Origin: Candidatus Dadabacteria bacterium
Lineage (GTDB): Bacteria; Desulfobacterota_D; UBA1144; Nemesobacterales; CSP1-2
Reading direction: 5' to 3'
DNA length: 64,000 bases
NCBI GenBank assembly: GCA_963805855.1
Contig: CAWDVW010000005.1
Location: 512,001-576,000 of the forward strand
Of this stretch, positions 39,503 through 49,766 are shown one piece after another. The first letter of the stretch is position 1; each line of letters starts with the position of its first letter. The notes under the pieces were generated by a model. That model did not search any database, was not told the origin of the DNA, and worked only from the letters and a program-made list of their open reading frames with translations. A program made the position numbers and the translations under genes.

Positions 39503-40732
39503 CTAAAAAAACTCTTGAAACCAATTTTTCATACTATCAAAAACCTTTTTAAAAATATTTTCATCTCTTATACGGAGCTTATTCTCCCCGTTGTAATTTG
39601 TGCCGTAAAGCACAAGCCCTACCCCTGTAGAATAAACAGGGTTTGCGATAATATCATTCAAGCCACCCAATTCGGTCGGAATTCCTCTTCTCACCGGGAC
39701 GCCAAGTATCTTTTCTGCAAGGTCATCCGTTCCCTCCATTATAACACTCCCCCCAGTGATTACCGCGCCAGCAGGAACGAGATCTCTGTAGCCAGACTTT
39801 ATTATCTCGCTCCTGACAAGGCTGAAGATCTCCTCCATTCTTGGTTCTATAATCATCGCCAAATCCGCTTTTGGAATCTGCCTAGGCCTACGCCCTCCCA
39901 CGCTGGGTATCTCAATACTCTCATCCAGAGATACTAGATCCGATAGTGCTACACCATATTTTTCCTTGATTTTTCTTGCCTCTCCCAGCGGAGTCGAAAG
40001 TCCAAGAGCTATATCCCTATCGATATGATCTCCTCCAAGCGTCAGATTTTCCGTGTATCTGATGCTGCCTCCGACAAAAATTGCGATATCAGTCGTTCCT
40101 CCGCCACAGTCAATTAAGACAACTCCAATTTCCTTCTCGTCCTGCGTAAGCACGGCTTGACTGGAAGCCAATTGTTCCAATGCGATATCTGCAACGTCCA
40201 TGCCGGCACGGTGAATACACTTTACAAGGTTTTGGGCAGCGGTAATCTGACCAGTTACAATATGAACCTTGGTTTCAAGTTTTATTCCACAAATTCCAAT
40301 AGGATCCTTTATGCCTCCTTGACCATCAACTATGAATTCTTGTGGTATAACGTGAATAATCTCCCTATCAGCAGGAATCAATAATGCGTTCGCAGACTCA
40401 ATTACCCTCTCTACATCACGATCGGTGACTTCGCGATTCCTTAAAGTTATCATTCCGTGTCCGCTTATACCCTTGACATGACCCCCTGCAATTCCCGCAA
40501 AGACCGTCCTTATCTCACATCCGGCCATATGCTCTGCTTCTTCAACGGCGTTCTTTATGGATTGAACGGTATTTTCAATGTTTACAACAACCCCTCTCTT
40601 AAGACCGTAGGAAGGATAGGTTCCAACACCTATGATATCAATATCATTGTTGCTGTTTACCTCTCCGACAATAGCACACACCTTGGTCGTTCCAATATCA
40701 AGTCCTACTACCAAATTTGATTCCTTTCCCAT
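39503..40732 (-). CDS. ftsA: Cell division protein FtsA
   Basis: GLDIGTTK, DCGGGTTD and C-terminal amphipathic WFQEFF. Confidence 0.98.
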   Translation of the reverse strand: MGKESNLVVGLDIGTTKVCAIVGEVNSNNDIDIIGVGTYPSYGLKRGVVVNIENTVQSIKNAVEEAEHMAGCEIRTVFAGIAGGHVKGISGHGMITLRNREVTDRDVERVIESANALLIPADREIIHVIPQEFIVDGQGGIKDPIGICGIKLETKVHIVTGQITAAQNLVKCIHRAGMDVADIALEQLASSQAVLTQDEKEIGVVLIDCGGGTTDIAIFVGGSIRYTENLTLGGDHIDRDIALGLSTPLGEARKIKEKYGVALSDLVSLDESIEIPSVGGRRPRQIPKADLAMIIEPRMEEIFSLVRSEIIKSGYRDLVPAGAVITGGSVIMEGTDDLAEKILGVPVRRGIPTELGGLNDIIANPVYSTGVGLVLYGTNYNGENKLRIRDENIFKKVFDSMKNWFQEFF

Positions 40733-40757
40733 GACAATTTTTCCCTAACTATCAAGC

Positions 40758-41474
40758 TTATAACTTGAAATCAACAATTCCCTGTTTTTCTGAACTTATA
40801 TTTATGTATTGCTCCACGAGATTGATCGTCCTCGTATATTTCATGATCTTTTCCATTTTATACCACTTCTCTGTAATATTACCGCTGCCAAAGTCTATGC
40901 GTCTTTTATCCGTTGTGAACACGGAAATTCCATATACTGTATCAAGGTGGATTTCTGAAATTTCTTTAAGGTTCAGGAGGTCACTATCCATCGCCAATCT
41001 TCGAATCTCAAGCGCTTTTCCCAGCAGGTCGGAATTAGATATACCATCGCCCACAAGCAAAGGAAAATCCAGACCGTATTCAAAATTAGCTTTACCTAGA
41101 ATCTCTCCCGTTACGCTCATATATAGAACCTCCCCATCCTCTCCAACCACAAGCCAGTACGGAGTCGCCTCGGTTATATGTATAGTGACTTTATGAGGGA
41201 TATGCCTTTTTATTGTCACCTCGGATATCCACGGACATTTCTTTATCTCTTCCTCAATCTCTTTCTCTCTAAAGAAAATAGTTGATTCATTCTTTCTTAG
41301 CCCGGATCTTTTAAGTACTTCCTTCTCTGTAACCTTGTTCGTCCCTGTTATTTCGATTTCGGTTATGTCAAACATCTTTAGATGGAAACAGATCAAAGCA
41401 ATCACTGTGGATAGAGACATTACAAATACGAGTAATACTAGAGCGTGGAGAGGTCTCAATCGCTTTTCTGTCAA
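40758..41474 (-). CDS. ftsQ: Cell division protein FtsQ
   Basis: N-terminal TM followed by a POTRA-like domain (PWISEVTIKRHIPHKV); position before ftsA. Confidence 0.85.
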   Translation of the reverse strand: MTEKRLRPLHALVLLVFVMSLSTVIALICFHLKMFDITEIEITGTNKVTEKEVLKRSGLRKNESTIFFREKEIEEEIKKCPWISEVTIKRHIPHKVTIHITEATPYWLVVGEDGEVLYMSVTGEILGKANFEYGLDFPLLVGDGISNSDLLGKALEIRRLAMDSDLLNLKEISEIHLDTVYGISVFTTDKRRIDFGSGNITEKWYKMEKIMKYTRTINLVEQYINISSEKQGIVDFKL

Positions 41475-42373
41475 TTTAGATCCCCCTCTAGAATCCTAAC
41501 CTCAGTCTCGAGGTTGATTCCCGTTTTCAGAAAAGCCTCTTCCGTCGCGATTTCTATAAGCCTCAGAACATCAGATGTCGTCGCATGCCCCGAATTAACG
41601 ATAAAGTTTGCATGAATTTCAGAGAACCTTGCCCCACCCACTTTCAGGCCTTTGAAACCGAGCTCATCTAACAGTTTACCAGCTGGTATTTCAGGGGGGT
41701 TTATAAATATAGAACCAGTATTAGACGTCTTTATTGGTTGTGTCTTGCTCCTTTTATCTAAAAACTCCTTTACCAATTTCTGACTCATATCCTTATTTCC
41801 TTGATTCAGTTTGAACAAAGCCTTTGTCACCACACTTCCCTCTCGAAGATTACTCTTACGATATTCAAACTGTAAGTCATCTCTGGATAAAACATATTCT
41901 TTGCCTTTTTCCCAAATCCATACCCTATCGACGACGTCCTTTATTTCTCCTCCATTTGCTCCCGCGTTCATGAATACGCCCCCTCCTACGGTCCCAGGTA
42001 TTCCTGCCGCAAACTCGAAACCGGTTAACTCAGCTCGTATGGTTGTGTTCAAAATCGTGCCCATCACAGCACCTGTTTCAGCCAATACACCCCCATCATC
42101 TACGAGGCTTATGTTCCTTAACTTCTTGGTAACAATGACAGCTCCTCTGAATCCAGCATCAGCTATTATGGTGTTAGATCCTCCACCTAGAACAATCCAT
42201 TTCACATCATAGGAGGAGAGAACATTAAGAATTTTTAATAACTCATCCAGAATCCGAGGATAAACAATTAAATCTGCGGGACCTCCCACACGCAAAGAGG
42301 TAAACCGCTTCATAGAATACATTCGATAATATTCACATCCAATCTTATCAAGCTCTCTTATAACCCTGTTCAC
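41471..42373 (-). CDS. murB: UDP-N-acetylmuramate dehydrogenase
   Basis: GGGSN, GIPGTVGG..MNAGA, GSIF.NP and HANFIVN motifs. Confidence 0.96.
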   Translation of the reverse strand: MNRVIRELDKIGCEYYRMYSMKRFTSLRVGGPADLIVYPRILDELLKILNVLSSYDVKWIVLGGGSNTIIADAGFRGAVIVTKKLRNISLVDDGGVLAETGAVMGTILNTTIRAELTGFEFAAGIPGTVGGGVFMNAGANGGEIKDVVDRVWIWEKGKEYVLSRDDLQFEYRKSNLREGSVVTKALFKLNQGNKDMSQKLVKEFLDKRSKTQPIKTSNTGSIFINPPEIPAGKLLDELGFKGLKVGGARFSEIHANFIVNSGHATTSDVLRLIEIATEEAFLKTGINLETEVRILEGDLN

Positions 42374-43737
42374 GAAAGCTCCTCTAATAATTGTTCGCCG
42401 ACCATCCAGACATTACCAGCACCTATCGTTACTACAACATCCCCCGGCTTAATTACACTGGTTAAATTATCTACAATTAGATCTGCATCTTCTATGTAAG
42501 ACACATTCTTATTTCCCTTATCCTTTATTGCACGCGCTAGCCTGGAAGATGACACTCCTTCGATCGGTTCTTCTCCAGCAGGGTATATGTCAAGCAGAAA
42601 AAGCATATCAACATCACTGAGTACCCGCACGAATTCATCAAATAAAATACTTGTCCTGGTAAATCGGTGAGGCTGGAAAACTGAGATAATCCTGCTAGAA
42701 AATGATTCTTTAATCGTATTGAGGGTAACTCTGATTTCCTCCGGATGATGCGCATAATCATCTATTACCCGAATGCCATTGATCTCTCCCTTGAGCTGTA
42801 TTCGCCTATCAATTCCATTAAATTCATGAAGACCCTCTTTAACATCTTCAAAGCTCATACCTAACTCCATACCCACAGCAAAAGAGGCCAGGGCATTTTG
42901 AGCATTATGTCTTCCAGGAACGTTCAGTCCTACACTCCCCAGCAATGAATTCTTAAATAAGACCTTAAAATCGGTGTGGAATCCGGAAACACTGATGTCT
43001 TCTGCCCTGAACTCTGACTCGTCTGAAAACCCGTATGTGACAACTCTCTTTTTGAACCTCGGAATTATTGATCTAATCCGCTCAGAATCAAGGCAAATAA
43101 CTGCGAGTCCATAAAATGGCACTTTGTTCAAAAATTCAGAAAAGGCAGATTCCAACCTGTCAATACTTTGATAATGATCGAGATGCTCTTCGTCTATGTT
43201 TGTCACAACAGCGATAACGGGTGATAACATTAAGAAAGATCCATCGCTCTCATCCGCCTCCACTACCATGAATTCCCCATTTCCAAGATGGGCATTAGTC
43301 CCAAGGGATTTCACCCGACCACCGACAACGATAGTTGGGTCAAAACCCCCGTACGCCAAAACGGCTGAGATCATGGATGTGGTTGTAGTCTTGCCATGAC
43401 TTCCGGCTACGGCTATGCCGTATTTGAGCCTCATCAACTCCGATAGCATCTCAGCTCTCCTTATTACCGGAATATTTCTAGATTTAGCCGCTATAACTTC
43501 GGGATTGTCTTCTCCTATGGCTGACGAGATCACTACAACATCCGCAGAGCTAACATTCTCGATTTTATGTCCTAATGTGAAATGGGTCCCCAGTCTTTTT
43601 AGCCGTTCCACAGTCTCAGTTGATTTGATATCTGATCCTGTGACCCCATAGCCCAGGTTAAGAAGTACCTCGGCTATCCCACTCATACCTATACCGCCTA
43701 TCCCTACAAAATGAATGTTTTTAATTCTTCCGTACAT
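42370..43737 (-). CDS. murC: UDP-N-acetylmuramate-L-alanine ligase
   Basis: GIGGIGMSG, GSHGKTTT, EADESDGSF, DDYAHHP and FQPHR motifs. Confidence 0.98.
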   Translation of the reverse strand: MYGRIKNIHFVGIGGIGMSGIAEVLLNLGYGVTGSDIKSTETVERLKRLGTHFTLGHKIENVSSADVVVISSAIGEDNPEVIAAKSRNIPVIRRAEMLSELMRLKYGIAVAGSHGKTTTTSMISAVLAYGGFDPTIVVGGRVKSLGTNAHLGNGEFMVVEADESDGSFLMLSPVIAVVTNIDEEHLDHYQSIDRLESAFSEFLNKVPFYGLAVICLDSERIRSIIPRFKKRVVTYGFSDESEFRAEDISVSGFHTDFKVLFKNSLLGSVGLNVPGRHNAQNALASFAVGMELGMSFEDVKEGLHEFNGIDRRIQLKGEINGIRVIDDYAHHPEEIRVTLNTIKESFSSRIISVFQPHRFTRTSILFDEFVRVLSDVDMLFLLDIYPAGEEPIEGVSSSRLARAIKDKGNKNVSYIEDADLIVDNLTSVIKPGDVVVTIGAGNVWMVGEQLLEELS

Positions 43738-44807
43738 CAGCCCACCTCAACAATTCTATCAATTTCATCCACTATATCCTTGGTAGCGTTTGGCTTTGCG
43801 AGATTCTTAGATTGAACCGTCATCTCATCAAGCTTGTTGTTATTCAACAGATCACTTATAGTTTCAGCAATTTTCTCGGGAAAGGCGAGCCTATCTTCGA
43901 TAATCACAGCCGCACCCGCTCTTTCAAGCACTTTTGCATTTTCCAATTGGTGATTATTTGCCGAAAAAGGGTAAGGGATCAGAATTGAAGGCTTTCCAAG
44001 TACTGTAACCTCAGATATTATCCCGGCCCCTGACCTTCCGATAACGAGATCGGCATCGCTATAGACATTTGCTATATCATCTATAAAAGGAAACACGTCT
44101 GCTTTGATTCCATACCATTCGTACGCTTTTTTAACATCTTCGATATCCCTATTGCCTGTCTGATGGACAACAGATACGTCGTCCCTTCGCAGCGTCCCTA
44201 CCGCTTTGGGAACAGAAACATTGAGTTTATAGGCACCTTGGCTGCCACCCAGCACAAGGATTTTTATTCCGCTATGATTCTTATAACTCCTATTCACAGT
44301 TAGGAATTCAAGTCTCACGGGATTACCAACGACCATTGTTTTATCATTCGGGAAGTAGCTTGTACTCATCTGGAATGTCGCGAACACCCTCTTTACAAAC
44401 CTTGCAAGGATTCGATTTGTTAATCCGGGCACCGCATTTTGCTCACAGATTACAGACGGGGTAAACAGTATAAATGCCGCAAGTACGACGGGACCCGAGA
44501 CATATCCCCCTACGCCGATAACCACGTTTGGCTTAAAATCCATGATAATCCTGAAAGAATCAAATATTCCTTTGATAGCAGATAGTACTCCTTTTAAACT
44601 CCTAACGAAACCCATACTCACTATGCCACCAGAATTTATAAACCTAAGATTGTATCCCTCCTTCTGAATCCTATCTACTTCAAATCCACTTTTTGTACCA
44701 ACGAAGAGTATCTCATTAGCCGAATCCCTTCTTCTAATTTCTCGTGCAATTGAAATTGCAGGGAAAATATGACCTCCTGTACCACCGCCAGCTATTATGA
44801 CTCTCAT
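43737..44807 (-). CDS. murG: Lipid I N-acetylglucosaminyl transferase
   Basis: GGGTGGHIFP, GGYVS, EQN, GNPVR and GGSQGA motifs. Confidence 0.98.
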   Translation of the reverse strand: MRVIIAGGGTGGHIFPAISIAREIRRRDSANEILFVGTKSGFEVDRIQKEGYNLRFINSGGIVSMGFVRSLKGVLSAIKGIFDSFRIIMDFKPNVVIGVGGYVSGPVVLAAFILFTPSVICEQNAVPGLTNRILARFVKRVFATFQMSTSYFPNDKTMVVGNPVRLEFLTVNRSYKNHSGIKILVLGGSQGAYKLNVSVPKAVGTLRRDDVSVVHQTGNRDIEDVKKAYEWYGIKADVFPFIDDIANVYSDADLVIGRSGAGIISEVTVLGKPSILIPYPFSANNHQLENAKVLERAGAAVIIEDRLAFPEKIAETISDLLNNNKLDEMTVQSKNLAKPNATKDIVDEIDRIVEVG

Positions 44808-45889
44808 TTTCTTCCAGACTTAGAAACACTAAGAATTAAACCCATCGCCGCAAGATTTGTCACCAGAGAGGTTCCACCATAGCTGATAAAGGGTAGAGTC
44901 AAACCTTTTGTAGGAAATAAACCAACGGCGACAGCCATATTAATCCCAGCCTGGAAAGTTATAAGCAAGATACAACCGAACACGAGATAGCAACCGAACA
45001 GGTCCTTTGCCCTGATTGACACCCTTAGGCTCCGTATTAGCAAAAACGCGAAACCAATTATGACGATCAGCACACCAATAAATCCAAGTTCCTCCCCAAT
45101 TATCGAGAATATAAAATCTGTGTGAGCCTGGGGAAGAAAAAATAGCTTCTGGGTACTATCACCAAGGCCAGTTCCCATAAAACCACCCATCCCAAGGGCA
45201 ACGAATGATTGGATAGCCTGATAGCCAGACCCTAGCGGGTCCTTCCAGGGATCAAGAAATGAAACAACCCTTTTCATTCTATAGCCCTCTGTAATCACGG
45301 CGAGGGCGAGAACAAACAAGGAGGATACCCCCAACGGAACCAGAAACTTTAGCTTCACGTCTCCAATGAAAAGCATTCCAAACAGCATTATGATTAACGT
45401 TACAGACATCCCAAAGTCGGGCTCCAGTAAAATCAGAATTATGTAGATACCCGCGAATAAAAGATGTGAAAGAAATCCGACAACAAACGAATCCACTTTG
45501 TCCCTCTTCTTCGTAAGCGAATGGGCAAGATACAAAACCAGAATAAATTTTGCAATCTCGGACGGCTGAAAAGTCCAGGAACCGAGCTCGAGCCACCGCC
45601 TAGCACCGCTCACTTCTTTCCCAATTCCAGGAATGAGCACCAATACCAGCATCAGTAACCCAAATATGTAGGCTGGGTAAACTATCTTCCTCAGATAGAC
45701 ATAATTTATCTTCATCAACGAAAACATAAAAAGCAATCCGATAGACAGATAAATAACATGGCGTTTTAAAAAGTAGTTAGGATCCCCAAATTTCTCCAGA
45801 GCGAAAACAGAACTGGTACTGTAAACCATGAGCGTACCGATTGATATAAGAAACGTTACAGCTATAAAGATACCCCAATCATAGCCCAT
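44804..45889 (-). CDS. ftsW: SEDS peptidoglycan polymerase FtsW
   Basis: GARRW, FQPSE, LPQAHTDFIF and LPFISYGG motifs; start set at ATG 45889. Confidence 0.95.
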   Translation of the reverse strand: MGYDWGIFIAVTFLISIGTLMVYSTSSVFALEKFGDPNYFLKRHVIYLSIGLLFMFSLMKINYVYLRKIVYPAYIFGLLMLVLVLIPGIGKEVSGARRWLELGSWTFQPSEIAKFILVLYLAHSLTKKRDKVDSFVVGFLSHLLFAGIYIILILLEPDFGMSVTLIIMLFGMLFIGDVKLKFLVPLGVSSLFVLALAVITEGYRMKRVVSFLDPWKDPLGSGYQAIQSFVALGMGGFMGTGLGDSTQKLFFLPQAHTDFIFSIIGEELGFIGVLIVIIGFAFLLIRSLRVSIRAKDLFGCYLVFGCILLITFQAGINMAVAVGLFPTKGLTLPFISYGGTSLVTNLAAMGLILSVSKSGRK

Positions 45890-45896
45890 GCCTCTA

Positions 45897-47228
45897 TTAA
45901 GAAAGTCCTTGAACAAGTTCCTTGAACACCCTCCCTCTTTCTTCATATGATGAATACATATCAAAGCTTGAGCAGGCAGGAGAGAACAAAACCGTGTCAC
46001 CACTGTTTATTCCTACGACCACCGTCTCCAAAGCTTCTTCAAGAGAACTAGCCAACGATGTTTCAGACCGGCTACCCAATTGTCTCTGCATCCTGAATCG
46101 AGATTCTCCAAACAAAACGAGTAGCCTAACCTTGTTTCTGATCTCGTCTTTCAAAACATCGTAATTTAAACCCTTATCTTTGCCTCCGGATATAAGAATT
46201 ATTGGACTCGCAAAACATTCGAGAGCCCTAAGAGTTGCAGCAGGACTAGTCGATTTCGAATCGTTATAAAACTGTGCACCCTTAAACAAACGCACGAACT
46301 CAATCCTGTGCGGCAGAGGGTTGAATTCGGAAATTCCTTTTTCTATCTGTGCCGGGCGGCACCCTACAATCCTAGACACAGCTACCGCTGCCATCGCATT
46401 TTCTATGTTATGAGCACCCAGTAATTTCATATTGGTTAAATCGTACGCATCCTCGCCAAACCTGACGCATCTTCCGTCGTAGAAAACACCATTTTCCATC
46501 GGCTCCTTTCCGAAGGCGATTTTTTTTGACTTTAACGCCGGCAAATACGTGGCAATGAGGTCGTCGTCCGCATTGTATATGGCCCAATCTCCACCGTCCT
46601 GGTTGAAAAACAGCTTCATCTTCGATTGCACATATTCTTCGAAATCGCCATGATGATCCAGATGATTAGGGGATAAATTTAGAATCGCGGCTATGTGCGG
46701 TTTAAATTCAGTTATACCCTGAATTTGAAAACTGCTCAGCTCAAGTACGAGAAAATCATAGCCATGATCCCTTTCCGCCACTTCTATGAGAGGAGTCCCA
46801 ATGTTGCCGCCGAGAAAAACCTTTCTCCCCCCTTTCTCTAAAATAGAAGCAATTAAATTACATGTCGTAGTTTTACCATTTGATCCAGTCACAGCTATCA
46901 CCGGGGTCTTAATAAATCTAGAGGCAAGCTCTATCTCACTCATTACTTCAATTCCATGTGCTACCGCTTCCCGAACAGGTGGTATATTGAAAGATACGCC
47001 CGGACTCAGTACTACGGTGTCTGCCCACTGGAAAGTTTCTTTCCTATGAAAACCCGTTTCAATCCCCACACCATTCTTCCGGAATTCATCTATCTCGGGT
47101 GGAAGGTTTTCGAGCGGCGATATATCACTAACCCGAATTTCCGCACCCCTCCCGAGCAAAAATTTCACGGTCTCGAGCCCTGTTCGTCCCAGACCGACAA
47201 CGAGTATCTTTCTTTTCTCTAATTCCAT
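45897..47228 (-). CDS. murD: UDP-MurNAc-L-Ala-D-glutamate ligase
   Basis: GSNGKTTT, GGNIG, ELSSFQ, NDSKST and SPACSSFD motifs. Confidence 0.98.
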   Translation of the reverse strand: MELEKRKILVVGLGRTGLETVKFLLGRGAEIRVSDISPLENLPPEIDEFRKNGVGIETGFHRKETFQWADTVVLSPGVSFNIPPVREAVAHGIEVMSEIELASRFIKTPVIAVTGSNGKTTTCNLIASILEKGGRKVFLGGNIGTPLIEVAERDHGYDFLVLELSSFQIQGITEFKPHIAAILNLSPNHLDHHGDFEEYVQSKMKLFFNQDGGDWAIYNADDDLIATYLPALKSKKIAFGKEPMENGVFYDGRCVRFGEDAYDLTNMKLLGAHNIENAMAAVAVSRIVGCRPAQIEKGISEFNPLPHRIEFVRLFKGAQFYNDSKSTSPAATLRALECFASPIILISGGKDKGLNYDVLKDEIRNKVRLLVLFGESRFRMQRQLGSRSETSLASSLEEALETVVVGINSGDTVLFSPACSSFDMYSSYEERGRVFKELVQGLS

Positions 47229-47267
47229 GATGACATCACAAATTTGTCAATCAATCACAAAACACTC

Positions 47268-48377
47268 TTATCTCAGCTTTAGTGTTGAAAGCGCCAAAAG
47301 AGATAGAACAAGAGAAATTATCCAGAATCTGATTACCACCTTTGATTCCGACCAACCACTCAATTCGAAATGGTGGTGAAGAGGAGCCATGCGGAATACC
47401 CGCTTTCCGGTGATCTTAAAAGAGATAACCTGGATTATCACTGACATGGCCTCCATTACGAAGATACCGCCCACCAAAATTAAAAGGATTTCTTGCTTAA
47501 TTATCAATGCTGCTGAACCGATTGCAGCACCAAGGGAAAGTGAGCCCACATCTCCCATAAATACTTGGGCAGGATGGGAATTGTACCAAAGAAATCCGAG
47601 ACATGCACCGCCGACCGCTGCAAGGAAAACCGCCAATTCTCCTCCGCCTGGGATATAGGGGATTTGAAGGTATCTTGCAAATACAAAGTTTCCTGAAAGA
47701 TATGAAAATATGATGTATGTTGCGGTAGCGATGGCTATTGAACCGATGGCTAAACCATCGAGGCCGTCAGTTAAATTAACAGCATTTGAAGCACCTACAA
47801 CCACAAAGATTGCAAAGGGTACATAAAACCAGCTCAAATTTATAACAGCCTGTTTGAAAAACGGAATAATTACCGAAGTATATGGGATATACGCTATCTC
47901 ATTTACCCTGAGTGACATAGTGAACCCTTTGTACTCGGTTATCAGAAACAAAATGAAGAACGCACCAAAAAAGAACTGTAACGAAAATTTTACTCTTGCG
48001 CTCATGCCTTTTCCATTAATCAGCTTTTGTTTATCGTCTATCAGTCCTATGAGCCCGTATGTAAACGTAAACAGTAGGGCAACCCATACTGATTCACTCA
48101 AAAAGTTCACCCAAAAAAATGAAGATATTGCAATTGCCATTACAATAAATGCCCCACCCATCGTGGGTGTACCGGCTTTGTTTTTATGCGCTGGTGGACC
48201 ATCTGACCGGATATTTTCCTTAAATTGTTTTCGCACTAAATAGTTAATAAACGTTTTCCCTAAAATCACACTGATTAAAAAAGCTGTTACCCCCGCACCA
48301 AAGGAACGAAACGTTATATATCTAAAAACATTGAAAAGAATAAAATCCTCTTTCAGCAAATATAGAAGATAAAGCAT
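47268..48377 (-). CDS. mraY: Phospho-N-acetylmuramoyl-pentapeptide transferase
   Basis: GTPTMGG, NAVNLTDGLDGL, FMGDVGS and MAPLHHHFE motifs. Confidence 0.98.
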   Translation of the reverse strand: MLYLLYLLKEDFILFNVFRYITFRSFGAGVTAFLISVILGKTFINYLVRKQFKENIRSDGPPAHKNKAGTPTMGGAFIVMAIAISSFFWVNFLSESVWVALLFTFTYGLIGLIDDKQKLINGKGMSARVKFSLQFFFGAFFILFLITEYKGFTMSLRVNEIAYIPYTSVIIPFFKQAVINLSWFYVPFAIFVVVGASNAVNLTDGLDGLAIGSIAIATATYIIFSYLSGNFVFARYLQIPYIPGGGELAVFLAAVGGACLGFLWYNSHPAQVFMGDVGSLSLGAAIGSAALIIKQEILLILVGGIFVMEAMSVIIQVISFKITGKRVFRMAPLHHHFELSGWSESKVVIRFWIISLVLSLLALSTLKLR

Positions 48378-48384
48378 GTAAAAA

Positions 48385-49755
48385 TTACTCCTTAAAAAAC
48401 CTTTGAATAATATTTTCCATTTTCATTCCGCGCGAACCTTTTATCAGAACCAGGTCTTTGTGACCCGCATAGTTTTTGAGTCTTTCAGCAGCATCTTCAT
48501 GTGTTTCAGCATAAAAGCCCCTTGATTCCTCGCTGAATCCTTCTAAGAGGCACGATGCAAATTCCCCGTATGCAATTACATAATCAACCTTGAGTTGTCG
48601 GAGATACTCACCAAGCATTCGATGTTCGGTCATGCTTTCGCTACCTAGCTCCAGCATGTCACCCAGAACAGCTATAGTCCTTCCATCTGATTTTAATCTG
48701 ATTAGCTCTTCTATCGCCCTTCTCATCGAATCCGGATTGGAATTGTACGTATCGTTTATGATCTTAAAACCAAAAGGAGAGTCTAAGACCTCCATCCGCA
48801 TATACACAGGACTGTACCTTTCTAAACCGGCTTGAATTTCTTCATTGCTACACCCAAACCCCACGGCAATGCCCGATGCGCACAGGGCGTTCATAACATT
48901 ATGAATTCCGATTCCTCTCATTCTGGCCGGAAATTCCTTACCATCTATGTTCACCTTGAAACTAATTGCCGAGAATCCATCCGTCATTATGTCTCTCGCG
49001 GATATCAGAACTCCATGCGACTTGATACCATAGGTAATCTTCATGCATTCAATGTCGGCGGCCATGTTCCGAATTAACGGATCATCCATATTAACAACGA
49101 AAGAGTTTGATTCGTCGAATCCCTCTATGAGCTCTCCCTTGGCTTTTGCAACGCCCTCTACGCTCCCCAGCTTTTCCAGATGAGCCTTACCGATATTCGT
49201 AATTGCCCCAATGTCGGGATTGCAAATTTCGGTCAATCTCTTTATCTCGCCGAAATCATTCATTCCTAGCTCTACGACCGCAGCATTGTGGTGTTCGGCA
49301 AGCTTTAGTAATGTGAGAGGAAGACCGATAAGATTATTGAAATTGCCAGAGTTCTTTAAGACGGAATACCGCAGTGACAGTATGCTAGAAGCCATCTCTT
49401 TCGTCGTTGTTTTTCCGTTTGAACCGGTTATGGCAGCAAGTTTTAATCGAGGGAATTTATTTCGCCATGCCCCCGCCACGTCGCCTAGTGCTTTAAAGGT
49501 TGAGGGTACCCTTATTATTATCTTTCCATTCTCAGACTCGTAACCATCTTTTTCTACGACGGCTCCCTGCGCCCCTCTGTCGAGCGCCTCTGAAATAAAG
49601 TTATGCCCGTCCAGCCTTTCACCCTTGAGGGCAAAGAACAGCTCATCGCCTAATATATTATTTGAGTCGGTTGAAATTCCTGAAAAGTCAACATCCTTGT
49701 ACGTTGATAAATTACAACCCTCTATTGACTTCAAGACAAAACTCAGCTTTAGCAT
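48385..49755 (-). CDS. murF: UDP-MurNAc-tripeptide-D-Ala-D-Ala ligase
   Basis: GSNGKTTTKE, NNLIGLP, DTYNSNP, GDMLELG and KGSRG motifs. Confidence 0.97.
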   Translation of the reverse strand: MLKLSFVLKSIEGCNLSTYKDVDFSGISTDSNNILGDELFFALKGERLDGHNFISEALDRGAQGAVVEKDGYESENGKIIIRVPSTFKALGDVAGAWRNKFPRLKLAAITGSNGKTTTKEMASSILSLRYSVLKNSGNFNNLIGLPLTLLKLAEHHNAAVVELGMNDFGEIKRLTEICNPDIGAITNIGKAHLEKLGSVEGVAKAKGELIEGFDESNSFVVNMDDPLIRNMAADIECMKITYGIKSHGVLISARDIMTDGFSAISFKVNIDGKEFPARMRGIGIHNVMNALCASGIAVGFGCSNEEIQAGLERYSPVYMRMEVLDSPFGFKIINDTYNSNPDSMRRAIEELIRLKSDGRTIAVLGDMLELGSESMTEHRMLGEYLRQLKVDYVIAYGEFASCLLEGFSEESRGFYAETHEDAAERLKNYAGHKDLVLIKGSRGMKMENIIQRFFKE

Positions 49756-49766
49756 AATTTAATAAA

